A DNA stretch of 64,000 bases from Faecousia sp. (GCA_051867075.1 JBJDYG010000017.1:3747-67746), one strand, 5' to 3'. Shown: positions 48,738-58,277, numbered from the stretch's first letter. Numbers and translations: made by a program. The notes: generated by a model from the letters alone, not told the origin.

Positions 48738-48937
48738 AAGCGTCCCTCTCCCATAACGCGTTTAGTTTACATAACTATACTATATTCTATGCGAAATTGG
48801 AAGAGTGTTTCAGAAAAATTTTCAGGAAAAACATGGCAAAATACGAGAGCGTATCTGAACATGACAAGCACTCAGGAAACCGTAAACATCAACTGCTGTA
48901 GCTTTTGAAATTTCATAGTACTTCGCATTGGATTGGA

Positions 48938-49762
48938 TTATTCCCCCAGCATCCTGGCCAACTCCGGCAGAAGCGGCTCAAATTTCACGCCGTACCAGTG
49001 TGCTGGGGCTTTCACCGTGTTTTCAATGCACATGCATGTAAAATCAGCGGCAATTTTCACCGCGTCCAACCTATTCTTCCCCCGCAGAAGTGCCCCGGTA
49101 AAGCTGGCGGCGAAAATGTCTCCGGTGCCGTGGCAGCTTTTTCCAATCCGCCTGTGCCGGTATGTGTGCTGCGTCTCCCCGTCGCGCAGAACAACGCCGG
49201 TCAGTCCATTTTCAAAGTCCACGCCGGTGAGCACAGTACACTTTTGATTCAGACCGTCCAAGACTCGGTTTACATAATTCTGGTCCATTTCCTCCTGATA
49301 TGGCATTTCGGACATCATGGCAGCCTCCGTAACATTTGGCAGAATAATATCCGCCTTTCGGGCAAGCTCGCCGATCAAACGGGCATAGGCGCCGTCAAAC
49401 CCGGAGTACAGCTTCCCATGATCCGCCATGGCAGGGTCAACGATAGCTACGCCCCCGGGTGCCAGCAAATGTCCGATGATCTCCCCTGCCGTCTCCACCG
49501 CCGCAGGGCTGCCCAGGTACCCCACCAGAATAGCGTCAAAGACAATGCCGTTTTCCTTCCAGTGCTGCCACATGGCTGGCAGAACCTCGTCGAAGTGAAC
49601 AACGGCAGGTCTGCCGAAACCGCCGGTATGGGTAGACAGGACCGCGGTGGGCAGGATACAGGTTTCCAGCCCGCAGGCACTGAGAATGGGCAGCGCTACT
49701 GTCATGGAGCACTGTCCTACACAGGAAATGTCCTGGATGGTCAAAACACGCCGGTATGCCAC
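48938..49762 (-). CDS. pdxK: Pyridoxal/pyridoxamine kinase
   Basis: TIQDISCVG, LSTHTGG, VDPAMAD, PNVTEA, HGTGD; GTG start. Confidence 0.88.
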   Translation of the reverse strand: MAYRRVLTIQDISCVGQCSMTVALPILSACGLETCILPTAVLSTHTGGFGRPAVVHFDEVLPAMWQHWKENGIVFDAILVGYLGSPAAVETAGEIIGHLLAPGGVAIVDPAMADHGKLYSGFDGAYARLIGELARKADIILPNVTEAAMMSEMPYQEEMDQNYVNRVLDGLNQKCTVLTGVDFENGLTGVVLRDGETQHTYRHRRIGKSCHGTGDIFAASFTGALLRGKNRLDAVKIAADFTCMCIENTVKAPAHWYGVKFEPLLPELARMLGE

Positions 49763-49763
49763 T

Positions 49764-50696
49764 TTAGTCCTCCACATCCATATCCAGCCCCAGCTCTCTC
49801 GGACGGAACCGGGGACATACGTTTTCCGAAGTTACGATAACGGAGGCAGCCAGCATGGCACCGATTTCGCAGGCCTCCTTCAACCCTTTTCCATAGGTCA
49901 GGCCGATTGCCGCCCCGGCGCAGAAGGAATCCCCGGCGCCTGTGGTATCCTTAACCTCCACCTTTCGTGCGGGACAGAAGCCACGGTCCCCGTGGATGTC
50001 GGCGTATACCGCGCCGTCGGCGCCCATGGTGACGATCATGGCAGGGATCCGGGCCGCCCGCACCTTTTCGGAGATAATGGGGATCATCTCATCCGGGGTT
50101 TTTCCGGAGTAGTCGTCGGAAAACAGGATACCCGCCTCCTGAAGATTACAGACAAAGCAATCGATGGACTGAAGAAAATCCCGCCGTTCCAGCGCAATGC
50201 TCATGTTCGCCACCACAGCATAGACCGGCTTAGCGTACTTCTTCGCCAGCTTGAAGGTGCGCTTAACAATTTCCTTGTCAATATCAATTTCAATTACGAT
50301 GCTGTCGGCATCCCGGAATATCTCGTCACCCTGCTGCTCCAGAATATCCGCGATAGGCAGAAGGTTCGGCCGTTTGGAGATGGAGGCTGCCACATCGCCG
50401 TCGTTGTCAAACACTGCCAGCCATGTCCCCATTCCGTCCCTGGTCTGACGGATGTAGTCGGTGTTGACCCTGTGGCTTTTCAGCTTGCGGACAACGTCCA
50501 CACCGGTGCCGCTCTTATCCACAAGGCTGACAAAGGTAGGACGCAGCTCACAGTTTGCGATATCTTCCGCCACATTCCGTCCAACGCCGCCGTGAATCTG
50601 CTCCACCCTGCCCACATTACGCCCGGTGGGGATAAAGGCTGCCGACGGATAGCCCTTGATATCCACAAAAACCGCGCCGATCACAACCATGCCCAT
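49764..50696 (-). CDS. PfkB family kinase (ribokinase/pseudouridine kinase-like)
   Basis: GGVGRNVA, NLQEA, VTMGADG, DTTGAGDSF. Confidence 0.88.
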   Translation of the reverse strand: MGMVVIGAVFVDIKGYPSAAFIPTGRNVGRVEQIHGGVGRNVAEDIANCELRPTFVSLVDKSGTGVDVVRKLKSHRVNTDYIRQTRDGMGTWLAVFDNDGDVAASISKRPNLLPIADILEQQGDEIFRDADSIVIEIDIDKEIVKRTFKLAKKYAKPVYAVVANMSIALERRDFLQSIDCFVCNLQEAGILFSDDYSGKTPDEMIPIISEKVRAARIPAMIVTMGADGAVYADIHGDRGFCPARKVEVKDTTGAGDSFCAGAAIGLTYGKGLKEACEIGAMLAASVIVTSENVCPRFRPRELGLDMDVED

Positions 50697-50869
50697 GCTA
50701 AAGCCCTCCATCTGTCTGTTCTGCGGTCATTATACCATAGCTTTTCCAATTTGCAACAAAATGCCTTTTCCTTTTTTTGCTCAGGATATCAGGGGAAAGG
50801 GATTGCAAAATATCGAATAATCCGATATAATGTTCTTGTTATGAAAAAAACAAATTGGAGGATTCTGAA

Positions 50870-51850
50870 ATGTCAAGTAACGTACGTCCCGAATCCATGG
50901 AGCGTATCACAACCCCTGAGCTTGCCAACGCCTTTATCACCCAGCAGGTCGACGAGATCCGCGCACAGGTGGGCGGCAAGAAGGTACTTTTGGCACTGTC
51001 CGGAGGTGTGGACTCCAGCGTTGTGGCAGCCTTGCTGATCAAGGCCATTGGCAAGCAGCTGGTTTGTGTCCACGTCAACCACGGTCTGCTTCGCAAAGGT
51101 GAGCCGGAGCAGGTGGTCAAGGTGTTCCGCGACGAGATGGACGCAAATCTCATCTACGTTGACGCCGTTGACCGCTTCCTGAACAAGCTGGCGGGGGTCT
51201 CCGATCCCGAAACCAAGCGGAAGATCATCGGCAAGGAGTTCATCGAAGTATTCAACGATGAAGCGAAGAAGCTGGAGGGTATTGATTTTCTGGCGCAGGG
51301 CACCATCTATCCCGACATTCTGGAATCCCATGGCGTCAAAGCGCACCACAATGTGGGCGGTCTGCCCGAGGGCATGAAGTTTGAACTGGTGGAGCCTGTC
51401 AAGCTGCTCTTTAAGGACGAGGTTCGTGTTGTGGGCGAAGCCCTTGGCCTGCCCCATAACATGGTCTACCGTCAGCCCTTCCCCGGCCCCGGTCTGGGCG
51501 TACGGTGTCTCGGCGCCATTACCCGTGACCGTTTGGATGCCCTGCGGGAAGCAGATGCCATCCTGCGTGAGGAATTTGACAAAAGCGGTCTGGCCGGGAA
51601 GGTCTGGCAGTACTTCATCGCGGTACCGGACATGAAGAGCGTGGGTGTAAAGGACGGCAAACGCTACGAAGGCTGGCCCGCCATCATCCGCGCCGTCAAC
51701 ACCACCGACGCCATGACCGCCACCATTGAAGAGATCCCCTATCCCCTGCTCCACCACATCACCGACCGTATCACCCACGAAGTAGAAGGCATCAACCGCG
51801 TCCTGCTGGATCTGACGCCCAAGCCTATCGGAACGATTGAGTGGGAGTAA
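50870..51850 (+). CDS. guaA: GMP synthase, ATP-pyrophosphatase + dimerisation domains only (no GATase domain)
   Basis: ALSGGVDSS PP-loop at residue ~40, QGTIYPD, HHNVGG, RQPFPGPG, KP..TIEWE. Confidence 0.92.
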   Translation: MSSNVRPESMERITTPELANAFITQQVDEIRAQVGGKKVLLALSGGVDSSVVAALLIKAIGKQLVCVHVNHGLLRKGEPEQVVKVFRDEMDANLIYVDAVDRFLNKLAGVSDPETKRKIIGKEFIEVFNDEAKKLEGIDFLAQGTIYPDILESHGVKAHHNVGGLPEGMKFELVEPVKLLFKDEVRVVGEALGLPHNMVYRQPFPGPGLGVRCLGAITRDRLDALREADAILREEFDKSGLAGKVWQYFIAVPDMKSVGVKDGKRYEGWPAIIRAVNTTDAMTATIEEIPYPLLHHITDRITHEVEGINRVLLDLTPKPIGTIEWE

Positions 51851-51863
51851 TCACCAAAATCCC

Positions 51864-51890
51864 AAAAGCCGTTGCGTTGCAACGGCTTTT
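51864..51890 (+). terminator. guaA terminator
   Basis: aaaagccgttgc gtt gcaacggctttt followed by a T-rich run. Confidence 0.8.
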
Positions 51891-51998
51891 TCCTTTCCTG
51901 TCCGCCAAATGATAACGGTTTGATAACATTCGTCCTAAACAGGTTTGTTTATTTTATTTCAGGGTGACGGGTGGCTTGCAGGTTGTTCTAAAAAGAGC

Positions 51999-52040
51999 AA
52001 TGGCTCTACTGACTTTTGTTACGAAGTCGGTAGAGCCATT
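51999..52040 (-). terminator. Terminator of the XRE repressor
   Basis: aatggctctactgactt ttgttacg aagtcggtagagccatt. Confidence 0.75.
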
Positions 52041-52056
52041 TTTGTTTTCAAAAAAG

Positions 52057-52587
52057 TCAATCCACGTTCTCTTTCAGTGCATTCACAATCAGATCATTCA
52101 GGCCCTGAGAAGGAATCGTCTTTACCCAGCCGGGCTTGTTGTCAAACTCAGGATATTTGTATCGCCACTGGTCGTATTCTTCTTTTGTGATTTCCCCGGC
52201 TTCCAGCTTAGCTGCCTCCTTCTGCCAGCTGGTGAACATGTCAAGCAAATTCAGGTAATCGCTCCCCTTGCTCTTGTCCAGCCGCAGGCAAAGTTCCCCA
52301 TCAATCTCCCCGATTCTCAGACCGTAACGATCTTCCAACGCAAAGAATGTGTGCATTAGACCAATGTAGCTGTCAATGTCCGGGAGATCAATCGCCTTGG
52401 GTGACACATCCAGAACACCTGCCAGCTTTTCCATAATCTCCGCCTTGGGCGTGCGGGTTTCAGATTCGTACTGCGCAAGACGAATATCCGCAGAGCGTTC
52501 CGGGAAGCCAACCATCATGCCCAGGTATTTCTGTGTCATTCCACGAAGGTTGCGGAAGAAATGAATCCGTTCTCCAGTTGCCATATT
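52057..52587 (-). CDS. XRE family repressor of an integrative element
   Basis: MATGERIHFFRNLRGMTQKYLG...RLAQYE...RTPK, a typical element repressor upstream of xis/int. Confidence 0.85.
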   Translation of the reverse strand, partial: NMATGERIHFFRNLRGMTQKYLGMMVGFPERSADIRLAQYESETRTPKAEIMEKLAGVLDVSPKAIDLPDIDSYIGLMHTFFALEDRYGLRIGEIDGELCLRLDKSKGSDYLNLLDMFTSWQKEAAKLEAGEITKEEYDQWRYKYPEFDNKPGWVKTIPSQGLNDLIVNALKENVD

Positions 52588-52682
52588 CAACATCTCCAAT
52601 CGTTTTTCTCTGTATGCTTTGAGTATAGCATATCAGTTTAACCACGTCAAGAAAAACTTAAACATAATTGCTTTATATATGC

Positions 52683-52711
52683 TTGACATAAACGAAGATG
52701 TTTAGTATAAT
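52683..52711 (+). promoter_or_regulatory. Consensus SigA promoter with operator dyad driving the xis-like gene
   Basis: TTGACA - 17 bp - TATAAT; the spacer holds TAAAC-N6-GTTTA and a related dyad lies at ~52719-52737. Confidence 0.85.
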
Positions 52712-52831
52712 ACAGATACTAAGCTATATAGTTTAGTATGACAATTGAATAAACTAAAATATGATAACATGGGCTTGAACTACCAAGCAGCAGGTTATCA
52801 GACAGAAACGAGGAAAGGAGGTAAATTGCCT

Positions 52832-53020
52832 ATGGCAGCACAGATGTTCATGCGAGCAGATGAGGTAGCTGAAGTGCTGGGAGTATCCAAGCCCTACGCT
52901 TACAAACTCATCCGAGAAATGAATGAAGAACTTAAGAAGACCGGCTGTATCACCATCTCCGGACGCATCGACCGGAAGTTCTTCAATGAAAAGTGGTCAA
53001 GCAACTGTGCTTTCATATAG
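52832..53020 (+). CDS. Excisionase-like HTH DNA-binding protein, probably 3'-truncated
   Basis: FMRADEVAEVLGVSKPYAYKLIR..NEELK..G.ITISGRI; no integrase follows. Confidence 0.75.
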   Translation: MAAQMFMRADEVAEVLGVSKPYAYKLIREMNEELKKTGCITISGRIDRKFFNEKWSSNCAFI

Positions 53021-53151
53021 CAATGCCTCCTATATCTATGGTTTGTAACAACGCCAGAACAATTTGTAAAAAGTGTCCGCTTCATTTTGGAAAACCGGAG
53101 TACCGGAATCGCAAACGCATTCCATCCTCGTCATACATGCAAGGCGGAAGC

Positions 53152-53448
53152 TCACTCGATGGTCAGAATATCTGAGAAGCCCGTTATGTCAAAGACCTCC
53201 AAAACTGCTTCGCTGACATGGCGGATGACCATCCTGCCCTGCTTGTTCATGATCTTCTGGGCTGTCAGCAGCACACGCAGCCCGGCAGAGGAGATGTACT
53301 CCAGCTCAGTAAAATCAAAGGAAAGCTCCGTCACCTGGGAGATGTCCGACTTGATTTCTCTCTCCAGCTCGGGAGACGTAGTGGTATCCAGCCGTCCGCT
53401 CAACGCAATTGTCAGCGCGGAGCCCGCAGTTTTCTTCGTGATTTTCAT
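53152..53448 (-). CDS. STAS domain anti-sigma factor antagonist
   Basis: LSGRLDTTTS, LEYISSAGLRVLL with the phospho-acceptor Ser, ITGFSDIL. Confidence 0.93.
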   Translation of the reverse strand: MKITKKTAGSALTIALSGRLDTTTSPELEREIKSDISQVTELSFDFTELEYISSAGLRVLLTAQKIMNKQGRMVIRHVSEAVLEVFDITGFSDILTIE

Positions 53449-53548
53449 AATCATACCTCCATTACAGCAATTTTGATTCTGCTATATGCTTTTTCAGTAT
53501 AACAGAGTCGGTATCCTTTGTTAAGATTAGCAAAATACGAACGAGTTT

Positions 53549-53709
53549 GGTAACATCTGATGAAATCAGCTGCGGCTGAGCGGCGGGCCTTTCGCCCCAT
53601 CCGCGCAGTATCAAATTGGGAAATACACAAAGGATTCCTGCAATTTTGGTACTTTCGGCTGAGTCAAAATCCCTCGCCACCAGCTCTTGCTGATTTATCG
53701 GAGGTTTCC
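53549..53709. mobile_element. Possible degenerate 161-bp MITE
   Basis: ggtaacatctgatgaaatcag and ctgatttatcggaggtttcc are imperfect inverted repeats (~17/21) around a GC hairpin. Confidence 0.35.
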
Positions 53710-53800
53710 TAAGCGTGAAAGCTTGAATGCAGCGCATGGTAATATCGTCAAACTGGGGCGCATTGCCCACAAATTGGTTCCCATCCGCCGTCGCACCCGT

Positions 53801-55828
53801 TTACCAGCTCTTTTCTATGGTCAGGATATTAAAGCCATCCAAATATTCATAATGAATCCCATCCATGATTTTTTTGACAACGAAAATGCCCAGGCCGCCA
53901 ATATCCCGCTCCTCCGCTGGCAGGGTGATATCCGGATCCGCCTTTTCTGTGGGATCATAGGGTTTTCCGTTGTCTACGAAGCGGAGTACGGCCCGGCGCC
54001 CTGCCACCTCGCACCCTACCGTGGCGGTGGTAGCCCCGCTGTACCGTACGATATTGGAAAAGATCTCATCCACCGCGATGTTCACTTGGGTGATGATTTT
54101 TTCCGGTGCGTCGTGCCTGACAAGCTCCTGCTCAAAAAAGCCACTGACCTCCGGGATACTTTCCGGCTTTGGCGCGATGTTGCGTTTACGCATCATCTCC
54201 CCGCCTTTCCGCTGAATGGACAGCATGGTGATATCGTCAAACTGGGGTGCGTCTCCCACAAACCGATCAATATCCTCTTTGACGGTTTGGAGCAGCTGGG
54301 CAGGTGCCCCGGATGGGCAGCGGTTCAGCGCCTGAAGCATGCGCTCCGTTCCGTACAAGACACCCTCCGTGTCCGTGGCCTCCGCCACACCGTCGGTGTA
54401 GACGAACAGGGTATCCCCAGGTTCCAGCGTCAGCTCGTATTCCCGGTATCGGGACCCCTCCATCCCGGCCAGCACAAACCCGTGCCTGTCCCGCACCAAT
54501 TCAAAGGTGCCGTCCGCCCGCCGCAGGGCCGGATACTCATGGCCGGCATTTGCGGCGGTTAGCCTGCCGGTGGAGATCTCATAGACACCCAGCCAGACGG
54601 TTACAAACATCTCCGCCTCATTGTTCTCACAGAGCTGGTCGTTGACCTTCTCCAGCACCGCCTTGGGGGACAGTCCGGTCTGGGCGGCGTTTTTCAGCAA
54701 AGTCTTGGCGATGACCATGAACAGCGCCGCCGGTACCCCTTTGCCTGACACATCCGCAATGACAAGTGCCAGATGGTTGTCGTCCACAAGAAAGAAATCA
54801 TAGAAGTCGCCGCCCACTTCCTTTGCAGGCGTCATACCGGCATAGACATCAAACTCCGACCGATCCGGGAACGGGGGGAAAATGCGGGGCAGCATATCCG
54901 CCTGGATCTGTGTAGCCACATTCAACTCCGCGCCGATGCGCTCCTTCTCCGCCGTGACCTTCCTGAAGTCCCGGAGGTAGGAGATCACATCTTCCTCCAT
55001 CTTTCGGAAGGAATGCGCCAACAGTTCCACCTCGTCCCCGGTCCGGATGTTCGGTACATTCACCGTGGCTTTGCCCTCCGCCAATTCCTTCTCGTTGCTT
55101 TGAATGAAAGCACCGGTGGCCTGGGTTAACTGGTCGATGGGGCGGATCACCTGGCGGCGCATGATGGTGAGAAACAGGGCGATAAAGCCAACAGTCAGGG
55201 ATGCCAGCAGGGCAGCCAGTGTGACAAGAAAGGTACGCCGGGTGTTCATCACCTCGTTCATGCTAATGTCCGTCATGACATAACCGGCCATGGTGCCGTC
55301 CTCATGGAGCACCGGGGTCATGGCAGTCATCAGCCAGCCATAGCTCTCATCCCACTGGACGATGGGCGCAACCGGCCGTCCAGCCAACAGATTGTCCAGA
55401 TTATCCGCGAAGCCTCCCACCAGATCCACATAGGTGCCCAGGGCGCAATAACCCCCGTCAGCATAAGTCCCTCCCTCGTCCATCTCCATATCGGAGTCGA
55501 AGAGGAAGGTCACACCCACTCCGTGGGGGCGCACCACATAGAGATATTCCACATCGTTGCTTTCCACCAGATCCCGGATAAAGTCCTGGGTGGCGTAGTA
55601 CGCCTCATCCATCTGGCCGGTCTCAAAGTAGTTGTCCAGCTTTTCCGCCTCCAACTGACCAGCCAATGTGCGTACCAGATTGGTGCCCAGCCGCTGGTAG
55701 TAGTCGGTCATAGTGGAGCTGAAGATATGGTAGCTTGCCGCGATCGCCACAAAACTCAGCGTGATACTGAGCAGCACAATCAGCGCGGTCAGCTTTTTAC
55801 CCAAGGAAAACCTGACTTTGCGTTTCAT
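53801..55828 (-). CDS. Membrane sensor: TM-ectodomain-TM-HAMP-PP2C (SpoIIE/RsbU-type) fused to an RsbW-like HATPase
   Basis: VGGDFYD, ADVSGKG, YTDGVAE, QFDDITM; then DEIFSN, DNGKPYDP, GGLG. Confidence 0.92.
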   Translation of the reverse strand: MKRKVRFSLGKKLTALIVLLSITLSFVAIAASYHIFSSTMTDYYQRLGTNLVRTLAGQLEAEKLDNYFETGQMDEAYYATQDFIRDLVESNDVEYLYVVRPHGVGVTFLFDSDMEMDEGGTYADGGYCALGTYVDLVGGFADNLDNLLAGRPVAPIVQWDESYGWLMTAMTPVLHEDGTMAGYVMTDISMNEVMNTRRTFLVTLAALLASLTVGFIALFLTIMRRQVIRPIDQLTQATGAFIQSNEKELAEGKATVNVPNIRTGDEVELLAHSFRKMEEDVISYLRDFRKVTAEKERIGAELNVATQIQADMLPRIFPPFPDRSEFDVYAGMTPAKEVGGDFYDFFLVDDNHLALVIADVSGKGVPAALFMVIAKTLLKNAAQTGLSPKAVLEKVNDQLCENNEAEMFVTVWLGVYEISTGRLTAANAGHEYPALRRADGTFELVRDRHGFVLAGMEGSRYREYELTLEPGDTLFVYTDGVAEATDTEGVLYGTERMLQALNRCPSGAPAQLLQTVKEDIDRFVGDAPQFDDITMLSIQRKGGEMMRKRNIAPKPESIPEVSGFFEQELVRHDAPEKIITQVNIAVDEIFSNIVRYSGATTATVGCEVAGRRAVLRFVDNGKPYDPTEKADPDITLPAEERDIGGLGIFVVKKIMDGIHYEYLDGFNILTIEKSW

Positions 55829-55857
55829 ATAAATCCCTTTCTCTCGTCCATAACCTC

Positions 55858-57609
55858 TTATATCCGCACCACCAGCGTGTTAAAACCAGCGTACCGGCGG
55901 TAAAAAAATTCTTTTGCTTTCTTCTTGATCATCTTCACGCCGATGGCATCCAGGCCGGTACCGTCCTCCAGGCTGATGGCATCGGTGTCCATCTCAAAGG
56001 GATTGAAGGCTTTGGCATTGTCCCGGAGATGGAGAGTCACGGTGCCGTCCTCATGGGGCACGATGGTAAACTGGATGTAGCCGTCGCTTGTGGAGAAGGC
56101 GTGGCTGAGGATCACCCCGCACACCTCTTCCACGGCAATGGCGGCAAAGTAGTTCTGGGCGGCGCTGGCGCCGATTCTCTCCAGATAGGCGGACACCTCC
56201 GCTTCGGTTGTCCCCAGGTTGGCGGCCCGGCTGTCCAGGAAGGCGCTGAATACCCGACTGTCGTCCTCCTGCAAATAGGTCCAGGATCCATTTTTATGAT
56301 TGTATAGGCACACGACGCCCAAGGTAGCAAGCTCCATACAGGGATAGGTCCACCAGAACAAATCCACGGTGCCGCGGCTGAAGAGTAGACTGAATCCCAG
56401 AAAAAATGCAAAGGAGCGCAGTGTGAACAGAAGATAGCTGATAAACTCCCGTCCCAGGGCCTGATAATAGTAAGTCAGTACCATGTTGATCCCTGACGGC
56501 AGGAGACACAGGGCATAGATACGGATGGCTGTGCTTCCCATGTCCAATTCCTCCGCTGTACGCAGCCCAAAGAGGAAACTGACCCACCGTGGAACGCCCA
56601 GCAGCAGGGTAGCCAGGAGAACATCCACCACCAGAGACACCCGGAATGCCTGCCAAAGCGTGCAGCGGATGTTGGCACTGTTGTGTTCGCTATGAAAGGT
56701 ACTGACCATGGGATGGAGCGCCATGCTGATGGCATCATACACCGATGCCGCCACCAATGACACATTGAACACGATGCCAAATACCGCCACGGCCAGTTCC
56801 CCATTGATGGACATGAGCAGGCGGTTGCATACCAGAATGGTAATCAACTGATAGACATACTGCACCGATGTGGCAAAGCCTGTCCGAAAGGACAGCAGCA
56901 CTGCGGAAAACCGGTACTGCGGCCATCGAAAACGGAGGCAGCCCCTTTTTTTCACAAAGTGGATCAGGCTGATCAGGATCATTGCCGCGGCTCCCAAGCC
57001 GGTGGAATATACCGAGCCGGCAATCCCCAGGTTCAGCAGGACCACGAAGATATAATTGAAGACAATATCCAGAATATTGCTGGTAACAAAAGCCACAGCC
57101 GCCAGCTTGGGGTCGTTATCGCAGTTGACAAAGTAGTAGAATGGGCCTTGGCAGAACATAATTGGCACCAGCAGCAGCTGGGCCCGTACCAAAGCCTCGC
57201 AGTTGGCCCATACCTCGGTTCCCTGTTCCCCCGCGCCCAGGAAAGATAGTACCTGGGGCAGAAAAAGCAGCCCCAGGATGCACAGCGTCACATTGAGCAG
57301 CAGGTCGGTACACAGGACATTGGCAAAAATCTGATTACCCTCCTCCTCTGCGCCCTCGCCCAGGACATTGGCATAACGGATGGAGCCGCCGATAGACAGG
57401 GAGTAACTGATGGTATTAAACAGCATATAAACGGGCTGACCGATGCTGATTGCCGTCATCCCCACCGGCCCGATGGCATTGCCCACGAAGACGCAGTCCG
57501 CCAGCCCACCGGCCGCAATCCCCAGGCACGAGAGCAAACTGGGGATAAAAAAGCGGTAAAAAGATTTTCGGACAAACACAGTTTCCCGGGCGGATGGCTG
57601 AAATTCCAT
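55858..57609 (-). CDS. MATE family transporter fused to a C-terminal RsbW-like HATPase domain
   Basis: About 12 TM MATE (DCVFVGNAIG, NCDNDPK); tail AVEEVC...LHLRDNAKAFNP...IG...KKAKEF.YRR..GFNTL. Confidence 0.88.
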   Translation of the reverse strand: MEFQPSARETVFVRKSFYRFFIPSLLSCLGIAAGGLADCVFVGNAIGPVGMTAISIGQPVYMLFNTISYSLSIGGSIRYANVLGEGAEEEGNQIFANVLCTDLLLNVTLCILGLLFLPQVLSFLGAGEQGTEVWANCEALVRAQLLLVPIMFCQGPFYYFVNCDNDPKLAAVAFVTSNILDIVFNYIFVVLLNLGIAGSVYSTGLGAAAMILISLIHFVKKRGCLRFRWPQYRFSAVLLSFRTGFATSVQYVYQLITILVCNRLLMSINGELAVAVFGIVFNVSLVAASVYDAISMALHPMVSTFHSEHNSANIRCTLWQAFRVSLVVDVLLATLLLGVPRWVSFLFGLRTAEELDMGSTAIRIYALCLLPSGINMVLTYYYQALGREFISYLLFTLRSFAFFLGFSLLFSRGTVDLFWWTYPCMELATLGVVCLYNHKNGSWTYLQEDDSRVFSAFLDSRAANLGTTEAEVSAYLERIGASAAQNYFAAIAVEEVCGVILSHAFSTSDGYIQFTIVPHEDGTVTLHLRDNAKAFNPFEMDTDAISLEDGTGLDAIGVKMIKKKAKEFFYRRYAGFNTLVVRI

Positions 57610-57762
57610 AGCTTTCTCCTCTGATTATGATTTGCACTTTGCAAAATCGGTATTTGACTCTGGATTTGCAACAACCACCGTAGGACAGAGACTTTGCCCC
57701 CCCGTCCTACGGTGCGCAGCATACCCACCACGTCAATATCCAGTTGTAAGCGGGCAGCAGCG

Positions 57763-58095
57763 TTACCGGGCGGCCAGGGAAGCAACAAATATAGGCCATC
57801 CGTCTCCAATGGTCAAAATGTCAATGAATCCGGTGACCTCGAACACTTCCATAATGGTATTATTCACATGATGGATGACCATTTTGCCCTGCATATTCAT
57901 GGCTTTCTAGGCAGCCAGGATCACCCGCAGGCCGGCGGAGGACAGGTACTCCAGTGCTGCGAAGTCCAGATTCAGCTCTGTGACGCCCTTCAGGGATTTG
58001 AGCTCCACTTCCAACTGGGGAGCCGTTGCAGTGTCCAACCGGCCCTCCAGGGCGATGTTCCAGAAAGTCCCTTCCAATGTTTTCTTGATGTTCAT
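57763..58095 (-). pseudogene. Second STAS gene with an internal amber stop
   Basis: LEYLSSAGLRVILAA*KAMNMQGKMVIHHVN..IMEVFEVTGFIDILTI; TAG at 57907-57909 where the paralog has Gln. Confidence 0.8.
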
Positions 58096-58277
58096 ACCTA
58101 AACCTCACAAATATGATAATCAAGGCCAGCGTACCATCTTGAGCCAAGCCCGCAACGATCGCGTCAATCGCTTCCGTCAGGGGATTGTTTTTGTCCTGCA
58201 AGGTCTCAAACCGGATATCGCCGGTATTTACTTTGTTTTCCGCGCGGCCCGCTAAGAATGCCGCTGACTCTAAAGGT

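Noticed and set aside
50720-50869. Purine riboswitch upstream of guaA
   Set aside because: Short AT-rich divergent promoter region with no aptamer consensus visible.
23915-51800. Many long overlapping or antisense ORFs (e.g. 34500-33868, 36825-35506, 41521-42945, 47220-48908, 49647-51038)
   Set aside because: Shadow frames of GC-rich genuine genes; no motifs or RBS.
57907-57909. Amber recoding (pyrrolysine) for the in-frame TAGs here and at 8856
   Set aside because: Both are at Gln-equivalent positions (single C-to-T changes) and no pyl genes are in the window.
57860-58201. 113-aa minus-strand ORF
   Set aside because: Mostly an alternate frame over the STAS gene; the first ~25 residues may be a substrate-binding-protein tail, too short to support.
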